Assembly (NCBI GenBank): GCA_963710135.1
Contig: CAVPYY010000010.1
Coordinates: forward strand, 65,833-129,832
Direction of reading: 5' to 3'
Origin: an uncultured Gammaproteobacteria bacterium
GTDB lineage: Bacteria > Pseudomonadota > Gammaproteobacteria > Steroidobacterales > Steroidobacteraceae
DNA: 64,000 bases
Shown here: positions 55,895-64,000 of the stretch, in pieces
Layout of the letters: each line of letters starts with the position of its first letter
How positions within the stretch are numbered: position 1 is the stretch's first letter
Translations under genes and position numbers: made by a program
The notes under the pieces: model-generated
Seen by the model: only the letters and a program-made list of their open reading frames with translations
The model's database searches: none
What the model was told of the DNA's origin: nothing

Positions 55895-58623
55895 ATGCGC
55901 GCCGACCTGCCGCTGGACGCGCCCGACCTGCTGGCCACCGTGCAGGAGCCGTCTCCGCCCTGGGACTACCTGGACCGCCTGGCGCGGCGCCTCGACGCGC
56001 CCGGCGACGCCGATCGCCGCGTTTCGCGCGGCGCTGGCCGAGGGCGACGCCGGCCTCAAGCAGCGTTTCGCGGCGGACGAGCCGATCGAACAGCTGGTGC
56101 GCGACCGCGCGCGGATGGTCGACGCCGATCCTGCTCGGCGCCTGGCGCCTGCACACGGCCAAGGACGCCGCCGAGCTGGCGCTGGTCGCGGTCGGCGGCT
56201 ACGGCCGCGGCGAGCTGCATCCCTGCTCCGACATCGACATCATGGTGCTGCTGCCCAAGACCGAGGCGACGCCCTGGACCGGCGGACTCGAGCGGTTCCT
56301 GACGTTCCTCTGGGACATCGGCCTCGAAGTCGGCCACAGCGTGCGCACCATCGACGACTGCCAGCGCGAAGGCGCCGCCGACGTCAGCGTGGCGACCACG
56401 CTGATCGAGGCGCGCCTGCTGTCCGGCCCCGAGCCGCTGCTCGCGCGCGATGCGCCGCGCCCTGGCGCCCGACCGCATCTGGTCCGTCGAAGGACTTCTT
56501 CGAGGCCAAGCTGCGCGAGCAGCGCGAGCGCCACCATCGCTACACGACACGGCCTACAACCTCGAGCCCAACGTCAAGCCGAGCCCGGGCGGACTGCGCG
56601 ACATCCAGACCATCGCCTGGGTGGCCAAGCGCCACTTCGGCGCCGAGACGCTCGACGAACTGGTGACGCACGGATTCCTGACGCAGCGCGAGCTGGTGCA
56701 GCTGCAGGCGGCGCAGGCGTTCCTGTGGAAGGTGCGCTTCGCGCTGCACGTACTCACCGGCCGGCGCGAGGACCGCCTGCTGTTCGATCACCAGATCAAG
56801 CTCGCCCAGGCTGTTCGGCTACGAGGACGCGACCTACACGCTGGCGGTCGAGCAGTTCATGCAGCGCTACTACCGCACGGTGATGGATGGTCAGCCTGAC
56901 TCAACGAACTGCTGCTGCAGCACTTCCGCGAGGCGATCCTGTCCTCCAGCGACGCGCGCCCGGTGCCGCTCGACGCCGCGCTTCCAGATACGCAACGATT
57001 ACCTCGAGGTGACCTCGCAGGACATCTTCGTCGCGCAACCCGTCGGCGCTGCTCGAGCTGTTCGTGGTGCTGCAGAACAACCCGCAGCTGCAGCGGCGTG
57101 CGCGCCGCGACGATCCGCCTGGTGACCCGCCACCTGTGGCTGATCGACGAGGAGTTCCGCCAGAACCCGCGCAACCACCGGTTGTTCCTCGACATCCTGC
57201 GCGCGCCCGCCGGCGTCACCCACGAGCTGCGGCGCATGAACCTGTACGGCGTGCTCGGCCGCTACATCCCGGCCTTCGGGCGCATCGTCGGGCGCATGCA
57301 GTACGACCTGTTCCACGCCTACACGGTCGATGCGCACACGCTGTTCGTGGTCAGCAACCTGCGCCGGCTGGCGCTGCGAGCGCTACGACCACGAGTTCCC
57401 GAAGCTGTCGGGCATCATGCAAGCAGCCTGCCGAAGCCCGAGGTCGCCTACCTCGCGGCGCTGTTCCACGACATCGCCAAGGGCCGCGGCGGCGATCACT
57501 CGGAGCTCGGCGCCGTCGACGCCGAGGCGTTCTGCCTGGAGCAGGGCCTGTCGCGCTACGACGCGCGCCTGGTCGTCCTGGCTGGTGCGCAATCACCTGT
57601 AGCTGTCGGTCACCGCGCAGAAGAAGGACATCGCCGATCCGCAGGTCATCAACGACTTCGCCCGCGAGGTCGGCGACCAGACCCATCTCGACTATCTGTA
57701 CGTGCTGACCGTGGCGGACGTGCGCGGCACCAATCCGAAGCTGTGGAACTCCTGGAAGGCCTCGCTGTTCCACGATTTCTACGAGCGCGTCAAGCAGGCG
57801 CTGCGCCGCGGGCTCGAGACGCCGATCGACCAGGAGGAGCTGATCGCCGAGACGCAGTCGCAGGCGCGCGAGCTGCTGGCCACCGCGGGAGTCTCGGTCG
57901 CCGAGGTCGAGCGCGTCTGGGCGCGCTGACCGAACAGTATTTCCTGCGCCACACGCCCGGCCGAGGTGGCGTGGCACACCGGGCTGCTGGCCGCACGCGA
58001 TCCGGAGGACCGCAGTCCGCTGGTCGCAGTGTCTTCCGAGCCCGGCCGCGCGGGCGCCACGGCCCTGCTGGTCTACACCCATCGCCGCCGCCACAGCTTC
58101 GCGCGCGCGACCGCGGTGCTCGACCAGATCGGGCTCAACATCGTCGACGCGCGCATCACGCCCACCCAGGACGGCGCCAGCCTCGACACCTATCTCGTGC
58201 TCGAGGACAACGGCCTGGCGATCAACGACGGCGAGCGCCTGGCGTCCATCGTGGCGACGCTCGAGCGCGTGGTGTCCGAGCGCGAGGCCCCGACGCCGAC
58301 CGTGACGCGCCGCGCGCCGCGCCAGGTGCGCATGTTCACGACCGCCACCGAGCTGACCTTCAGTGACGACCCGACCGCACCGGCGCACCATTCTCGAGCT
58401 GGTCGCGGCCGACCGGCCGGGCCTGCTGTGCGAGATCGGCAAGGTGCTGTGGTCCGAGCGCGTCGACCTGCACGGCGCCAAGATCATGACCGTCGGCGAA
58501 CGCGCCGAAGACGTGTTCTACCTGACCGACGAGAACGGCGCGCCGCTCGACTCCGAATCGTCAGACGCAGCCTGTCGGAGATCCTTGCGCCAGGCGCTGG
58601 ACCGGCGCATGGCGGCAGCCTGA
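55895..58623 (+). pseudogene. glnD: [protein-PII] uridylyltransferase/uridylyl-removing enzyme GlnD, ~17 frameshifts plus in-frame TAG
   Basis: The nucleotidyltransferase (LALVAVGGYGRGELHPCSDIDIMVLLP), HD (FHDIAKGRGGDHSELG) and ACT (TILELVAADRPGLLCEIGKVL) regions are all recognisable but distributed over three frames. An in-frame TAG sits at 57600-57602 (WLVRNHL-stop-LSVTAQKKDIADP). Confidence 0.9.
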
Positions 58624-58626
58624 CGA

Positions 58627-59846
58627 ATGAATCCGGACCTGGCGCGGCTTCAGCCCTACCCCTTCGAACGACTCGCCAGCCTGATCCGCCGGCATCGAGC
58701 CGCCGGCGGCGCTGCGCGCCCGATACGCCTCACCATCGGCGAACCCAACCACGCACCGCCGCCCTTCGTGCTGGAGCGGCTGCGCGGCTTCGCTCGACGG
58801 CATGGGGCGCTATCCGTCGACCGCCGGCCTGCCCGCCCTGCGCGGCGCCTGCGCCGGCTGGCTGGAGCGACGCTTCCGCCTGGCCGCCGGCGCGTCGACC
58901 CGGAGCGCATGGTGTTGCCGGTGAATGGCACGCGCGAGGCGCTGTTCTCGTTCGTGCAGGCCGTCGTTCGACCGCGCGCGCGGCGGCCTGGTGCCGATGC
59001 CGAATCCGTTCTACCAGATCTACGAGGGCGCGGCCCTGCTCGCCGGCGCCGAGCCCTGCTATCTGCCGACCACGGCGGCGACCGGCTGGCTGCCCGACCT
59101 CGACGCGGTGCCGGACGAGCACCTGGCGGCGCTGCCAGCTGCTGTTCCTGTGCACGCCCGGCAATCCGAGCGGCGCGGTCATGGGCCTCGATTATCTCGG
59201 GCGCGCGCTCGAACTGGCCGATCGCCACGACTTCGTGGTCGCCTCCGACGAGTGCTACTCGGAGATCTACCCCGACGAGGCCGCGCCGCCGCCGGGATTG
59301 CTCGAGGCGAGCGCGCGGCTCGGCCGGCCCGGCTTCGAGCGCTGCGTGTCGTTTCACAGCCTGTCGAAGCGCTCGAGTCTCCCGGGGCTGCGCTCCGGAT
59401 TCGTCGCCGGCGATGCGGCCGTGCTCGGCGAGTACCTGCTCTATCGCACCTACCACGGCTGCGCCATGGCCGAACCGGTGCAGGAGGCGAGCATCGCGGC
59501 CTGGTCGGACGAGGCCCACGTGGTCGCCAACCGTGCCCTGTATCGCCAGTCCTTCGACGCCGCGCTCGCGCTGCTGCAGCCGGTGCTGGACGTGGCGCGC
59601 CCGGCCGGCGCGTTCTACCTCTGGCCCGAGGCCCCGGGCGGCGATGACGCGGCCTTCGCCCGCGCCCTGTATGCCGCCACCAACGTGCTGGTGCTGCCGG
59701 GCTCCTACCTCGGCCGCGAAGCGGACGGCGCCAACCCGGCGCGCGGGCGCCTGAGGATTTCGCTGGTCGCCAGTGCCGACCAGTGCCGCGAGGCGGCCGC
59801 CCGCATCCGCCGATTCATCGACGAGGAAGGACCATGGACCACCTGA
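58627..59846 (+). pseudogene. dapC: succinyldiaminopimelate transaminase, six frameshifts in the 5' 500 nt
   Basis: MNPDLARLQPYPFERLASLI..., PIRLTIGEPNHAPPPFVLERLR, YPSTAGLPALRGACAGWLERRF, VDPERMVLPVNGTREALFSFVQAVV and GLVPMPNPFYQIYEGAALLAGAEP lie in alternating frames. From QLLFLCTPGNPSG (~59,130) to the stop there is a single clean frame. Confidence 0.85.
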
Positions 59847-60652
59847 AGACAGTCATCGACGAGGCGTTCGAGCGCCGCGGCACGCTCAGTCCCGGCGACG
59901 TGCCGCACGAACTGGCGGTGGCGATCGACGAGTGCCTCGAGCTGCTCGACTCCGGCCGCGCGCGCGTTGCCGAGAAGCGCGACGGCGGGTGGGTGGTCAA
60001 CGAGTGGCTGAAGAAGGCCGTGCTGCTGTACTTCCGCACCCACGACAACACCGTCATCGAGGGCGGCTACACCCGCCACTACGACAAGGTACCGCTCAAG
60101 TATGCCGGCACGAGTCCCGAGCGCTTTCGCGAGGGCGGCGTGCGCGTGGTGCCCAACGCCATCGCCCGCAAGGGCGCCTACATCGCCCCCAACGTCGTGC
60201 TGATGCCGAGCTACGTGAACATCGGCGCCTACGTCGACAGCGGCACGATGGTCGACACCTGGTCCACCGTCGGCTCCTGCGCGCAGATCGGCCGCAACGT
60301 GCACCTGTCGGGCGGCGTGGGCATCGGCGGGGTGCTCGAACCGCTGCAGGCGAGCCCGACCATCATCGAGGACGACTGCTTCATCGGCGCCCGTTCGGAA
60401 ATCGTCGAGGGGGTCATCGTCGAGACCGGCGCGGTGGTCTCGATGGGCGTCTACATCGGCGCCAGCACCCGCATCTACGATCGCGCCACCGGCCAGATCC
60501 ACTATGGCCGCGTGCCGGCCGGCTCGGTGGTGGTGCCCGGCAGCCTGCCCGCCTCGGACGGCACGCACTCGCTCTATTGCGCCGTGATCGTCAAGCGCGT
60601 CGATGCGCAGACGCGGGCGAAGACGAGTGTGAATGAGCTGCTGCGGATGTGA
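59834..60652 (+). CDS. dapD: 2,3,4,5-tetrahydropyridine-2,6-dicarboxylate N-succinyltransferase
   Basis: ATG at 59834 gives 272 aa: [15 protein letters not shown]... with hexapeptide repeats; intact. Confidence 0.95.
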   Translation: MDHLKTVIDEAFERRGTLSPGDVPHELAVAIDECLELLDSGRARVAEKRDGGWVVNEWLKKAVLLYFRTHDNTVIEGGYTRHYDKVPLKYAGTSPERFREGGVRVVPNAIARKGAYIAPNVVLMPSYVNIGAYVDSGTMVDTWSTVGSCAQIGRNVHLSGGVGIGGVLEPLQASPTIIEDDCFIGARSEIVEGVIVETGAVVSMGVYIGASTRIYDRATGQIHYGRVPAGSVVVPGSLPASDGTHSLYCAVIVKRVDAQTRAKTSVNELLRM

Positions 60653-60658
60653 CGTCCG

Positions 60659-61336
60659 CTACTTCCCAGCCAGGTACACCACCCCGTCCGCCAGGTTCTT
60701 GGCGTGATCGCCGATGCGTTCCAGCGCCTTGATGACGAATACCGTGTTGATGGTGTGCTGCACCGTGCGCGGATCCTCGATCACCAGCGACACGAGATGG
60801 CGCATGCTGTGGCGGAACTGCTCGTCCAGCGCGCGGTCCCGCGCGCGCACCTCGAGCGCCGCCTCGACGTCGAGCTCGTCGAAGGCGCGGATCGCGTCGC
60901 GCAGCATCGCCACGGCCAGCGCCGCCATGCGCTCCACGTCGCGATAGAACTGCCGCAAGGGCGCGCGGGCGCCGGCGGCGCGGATCTCGGTGCCGTAGAC
61001 GGCGATCTTGCGGGCCTCGTCGCCGACGCGCTCGAGATCCCGCACCGCGCGGCCCACCGCCATGACCACCCGTAGGTCGCCCGCCACCGGCTGCCGCTGC
61101 GCCAGCACCTTGACGGTCTCCTCGGTAAGCTGGACGTCGTACTCGTCCATCCGCGGCTCGCGCTCGACCACGCCACGGGCAATGTCATCGTCGCTGTCGA
61201 CCAGCGACTTGACCGCGGCCTCGACCTGGCGGAGCGCCAGCCCGCCCATTTCCAGCAGCGACAAGCGCAGCGCGCCGAGGTCGCTGTCGAAGCGCCGGAC
61301 GATGTGGCCTTCGGTGGTGGGATCGATCATCCGCAA
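60659..61336 (-). CDS. phoU: phosphate signalling complex protein PhoU
   Basis: 225 aa with two PhoU repeats carrying E(D)xxxD motifs (DLERVGDEARKIA, ALERIGDHAKNLA). It lies downstream of pstB. Confidence 0.9.
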   Translation of the reverse strand: MRMIDPTTEGHIVRRFDSDLGALRLSLLEMGGLALRQVEAAVKSLVDSDDDIARGVVEREPRMDEYDVQLTEETVKVLAQRQPVAGDLRVVMAVGRAVRDLERVGDEARKIAVYGTEIRAAGARAPLRQFYRDVERMAALAVAMLRDAIRAFDELDVEAALEVRARDRALDEQFRHSMRHLVSLVIEDPRTVQHTINTVFVIKALERIGDHAKNLADGVVYLAGK

Positions 61337-61340
61337 CCCG

Positions 61341-62249
61341 CTATCCGAACCGCCCCGTGATGTAGTCCTCGGTCAGCTTGTGGCGCGGATTGGTGAAGAT
61401 CAGGTCGGTGGGGCCGACCTCGATCAGGTCGCCGAGATGGAAGTAGGCGGTGCGCTGCGAGACGCGGGCGGCCTGCTGCATCGAGTGGGTCACGATGCAG
61501 ATGGCGTAGTTCTGCTTGAGCTCGTCGATCAGGTCCTCGATGCGCGCGGTCGCGATCGGGTCGAGCGCCGAGCAGGGCTCGTCCATCAGAATGACTTCCG
61601 GGTTGACCGCGATGGTGCGCGCGATGCACAGCCGCTGCTGCTGGCCGCCGGACAGTGCCGTCCCGGGCTGCTCGAGGCGGTCCTTGACCTCCTCCCACAG
61701 TCCCGCCCGCTGCAGGCTGGTCTGCACGATCTCGTCGAGCTCGGTGCGGTCGGCGGCGAGCCCGTGAATGCGCGGCCCGTAGGCGACGTTCTCGTAGACC
61801 GACTTCGGGAACGGGTTCGGCTTCTGGAAGACCATGCCGACGCGGGCGCGCAGCTGCACCACGTCCTGGCGCTTGTCGTAGATGTCCTGGCCGTCGAGCG
61901 CGATGGCGCCGGTGACCTTGGCGGTCGGGATGGTGTCGTTGAGACGGTTCAGGCAGCGCAGGAAGGTGCTCTTGCCGCAGCCCGACGGGCCGATCATGGA
62001 AATGACCTCGTTCTTCGCGATGTCGAGGCTGACGTCGCGAATGGCGTGCTTGTTGCCGTAGTGAACGTTTACGTTCCGGCACACCATGACCGGATCCTTC
62101 GCGGTGATGTCACCGACGGTCTTGCGCACGGACTCCTCGCGCTCCGGCGGGGCCGCGGTCGGGCCGGTCGCGGTCAGGCTTCGTCGCACCGCTTCAGCAG
62201 ACACACCACTCATGTTCGACTCTCCTCGCTTGGCATCGTCGGCGCTCAT
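61341..62249 (-). CDS. pstB: phosphate ABC transporter ATP-binding protein
   Basis: ATG at 62247-62249 forms an ATGA overlap with the pstA stop. It has Walker [19 protein letters not shown] and Walker B ILMDEP. Confidence 0.95.
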   Translation of the reverse strand: MSADDAKRGESNMSGVSAEAVRRSLTATGPTAAPPEREESVRKTVGDITAKDPVMVCRNVNVHYGNKHAIRDVSLDIAKNEVISMIGPSGCGKSTFLRCLNRLNDTIPTAKVTGAIALDGQDIYDKRQDVVQLRARVGMVFQKPNPFPKSVYENVAYGPRIHGLAADRTELDEIVQTSLQRAGLWEEVKDRLEQPGTALSGGQQQRLCIARTIAVNPEVILMDEPCSALDPIATARIEDLIDELKQNYAICIVTHSMQQAARVSQRTAYFHLGDLIEVGPTDLIFTNPRHKLTEDYITGRFG

Positions 62250-63568
62250 GTCCAGCGACGCTCGAATTTCTGGCGCAGCACGACCGCCGTCGCATTCATG
62301 ATCAACAGGAAGCCCAGGAGCACGATGATTGCCCCGGACGTGCGCTCCAGGAACGCCCGTTCCGGGCTGTCCGCCCACAGGTAGACCTGCACCGGCAGCA
62401 CCGTCGCGGGGTCGGTAAAACTCCCCGGCACGTCGACGATGAACGCCACCATGCCGATCATGAGGAGCGGCGCCGACTCGCCCAGCGCGCGGGCCATGCC
62501 GATGATCGCGCCGGTCAGCATGCCGGGCATCGCGAGCGGCAGCACGTGGTGCGCCACGGTCTGCACCTCGGAGGCGCCCATGCCGAGCGCGGCCTCGCGT
62601 ATCGACGGCGGCACGCCCTTGAGCGCCGCGCGGCTGGCGATGATGATGGTCGGCAGCGTCATCAAGGTCAGCACCAGTCCGCCCACCAGCGGCGCCGAAC
62701 GCGGCAGCCCGAACAGCTGGATGAACACCGCGAGTCCCAGCAGGCCGAAGACGATCGACGGTACCGCCGCCAGATTGTTGATGTTGACCTCGATGAAGTC
62801 GGTCCAGCGGTTCTTCGGCGCGAACTCCTCGAGGTACACCGCCGCCGCGACGCCGATCGGGAACGACAGCAGCAGCGTCACCACCAGCGTGAAGAACGAG
62901 CCCATCACCGCGCCCCATACGCCCGCCTGCTCGGGCTCGCGCGAGTCGCCGTGGGTGAAGAAACCGCGGTTGAAGCGCAGTGCCAGGCTGCCGTCCGCGA
63001 GCAGCGCGTCGATCCAGGCCACGTCCTGGTCGGACAAGCCGCGGGTGTCCTCCGGCAGGTCCCGCTCGATCTTGCCCTTCATCAACAGGTCGACGCGGTC
63101 GTTGACCAGGAACCAGTAGGACTCGGTGCGCCCGATCAGCGCCGGATCGGCGAGTACACGCTTGCGCAGCTCGAACTGGCCCGCATCGCTCATCAGCGCA
63201 TACAGCGCACGCAGGTTGCTGCGGCCCTCGACCTCCGGGAACCGCTCGCGCAGCGCGGCGCGGATCACCTGGTTGTAGTCCGCCGAGGACAGCGTGTCCG
63301 GGTCGCGCGTGCCCGCCGGATCGATGATTTCCGGGTCGTAGGTGACCTCGAGCTTGACGTAGCTCTGCGCGAACACCGTCCAGCCGTTGGAGAAGATGCT
63401 GGCGAACAGGAACGCCACGGCGATGAGGCCGACGGACACGGCGGCGATACCGTAGGCCCTGAAACGCCGCTCAGCGCGATAGCGGCGTCTGAGGCCGGCC
63501 TCGACCAGGCGCCGCGTCCGCTGGGTCGCCGTCTCGGCCGCGGCGGGAATGGCTGTCGGGTTATTCAT
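62246..63568 (-). CDS. pstA: phosphate ABC transporter permease PstA (long form)
   Basis: ATG at 63566-63568 ([12 protein letters not shown]...) gives 440 aa. It has a large loop after TM1 and the C-terminal permease core with the EAA-like region [23 protein letters not shown]. Confidence 0.9.
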   Translation of the reverse strand: MNNPTAIPAAAETATQRTRRLVEAGLRRRYRAERRFRAYGIAAVSVGLIAVAFLFASIFSNGWTVFAQSYVKLEVTYDPEIIDPAGTRDPDTLSSADYNQVIRAALRERFPEVEGRSNLRALYALMSDAGQFELRKRVLADPALIGRTESYWFLVNDRVDLLMKGKIERDLPEDTRGLSDQDVAWIDALLADGSLALRFNRGFFTHGDSREPEQAGVWGAVMGSFFTLVVTLLLSFPIGVAAAVYLEEFAPKNRWTDFIEVNINNLAAVPSIVFGLLGLAVFIQLFGLPRSAPLVGGLVLTLMTLPTIIIASRAALKGVPPSIREAALGMGASEVQTVAHHVLPLAMPGMLTGAIIGMARALGESAPLLMIGMVAFIVDVPGSFTDPATVLPVQVYLWADSPERAFLERTSGAIIVLLGFLLIMNATAVVLRQKFERRWT

Positions 63569-64000
63569 ACTGCTCCCGGTACCTGCGCACCACGTGCAGC
63601 GCCACGATATTGAGGGCAAGGGTGGCGACGAACAGCACCAGCCCGAGCGCGAATGCGGCAAGGGTCTTGGGACTGTCGAACTCCTGGTCGCCCACCAGCA
63701 AGGTCACGATCTGCGTGGTCACCGTGGTCACCGCCTCGAGCGGATTGGCGGTGAGGTTGGCGCCGAGTCCCGCCGCCATCACCACGATCATGGTCTCACC
63801 AATCGCGCGCGAGATGGCCAGCAGCACGCCGCCCACGATGCCGGGCAGCGCCGCCGGCAGCACGACGCGGCGGATGGTCTCGGACTGGGTCGCGCCCAGG
63901 CCATAGGAGCCGTCCCGCAGCGACTGCGGCACCGCCGTGATCATGTCGTCGGCGAGCGAGGACACGAACGGGATGATCATGACCCCCATCACCAGTCCGG
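63561..64000 (-). CDS. pstC: phosphate ABC transporter permease PstC, C-terminal part; continues beyond window end
   Basis: The frame is open to the window edge: ...IPFVSSLADDMITAVPQSLRDGSYGLGATQSETIRRVVLPAALPGIVGG..., with a TAA stop at 63561-63563. Confidence 0.85.
   Translation of the reverse strand, partial: GLVMGVMIIPFVSSLADDMITAVPQSLRDGSYGLGATQSETIRRVVLPAALPGIVGGVLLAISRAIGETMIVVMAAGLGANLTANPLEAVTTVTTQIVTLLVGDQEFDSPKTLAAFALGLVLFVATLALNIVALHVVRRYREQYE

Noticed and set aside
52753-57602. Recoding of the in-frame TGA (pyrH) or TAG (glnD) as selenocysteine or pyrrolysine.
   Set aside because: No SECIS-like hairpin follows the TGA. UMP kinase and GlnD are not known selenoproteins or Pyl proteins. 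Both stops lie inside a region saturated with indel damage.
36685-59150. Programmed ribosomal frameshifting or transcriptional slippage as the explanation for the many frame changes.
   Set aside because: Apart from prfB, the sites lack slippery heptamers, SD-stimulators or conserved stop contexts. They occur in both directions, at dozens of unrelated positions, and in genes never reported to need recoding (dnaE is not dnaX).

Overview
Very GC-rich gammaproteobacterial chromosome; the gene order is Xanthomonadales/Pseudomonas-like. The window is almost wall-to-wall conserved housekeeping operons, mostly on the minus strand:
- acpS-pdxJ-recO-era-rnc-lepB-lepA, then rseB-rseA-rpoE
- an sdh module: DUF1674-sdhCDAB-sdhE-ygfX, with ygfZ divergent
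- murI, lysS, prfB, recJ
- nlpD-pcm-surE, truD-ispF-ispD-ftsB-eno-kdsA-pyrG, tilS-accA
- dnaE-rnhB-lpxB-lpxA-fabZ-lpxD-skp-bamA-rseP-dxr-cdsA-uppS-frr-pyrH-tsf-rpsB
- map-glnD-dapC-dapD (plus strand), then phoU-pstBAC

I found no transposase, integrase, phage, CRISPR, defence or secondary-metabolite genes, and no convincing novel multi-gene system.

Unusual signals:
1. A ~17.6 kb island (~41.5-59.1 kb) where essential genes are broken by dozens of 1-nt frame disruptions and two in-frame stops. The flanks are clean, and there are isolated frameshifts in sdhA, an rpfE-like gene and dnaE. This is most likely a low-quality consensus patch.
2. Two ~380 bp mosaic clusters of GTAG/REP-like palindromes in inverted orientation, 13 kb apart. 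Each starts immediately after a stop codon. A related hairpin lies between rpsB and map.
3. A 54-codon DUF1674 (SDHAF4-like) gene missing from the ORF track, which completes an SDH assembly module.
4. The canonical prfB +1 programmed frameshift.

All calls come from reading translations and sequence by eye; no searches were run.
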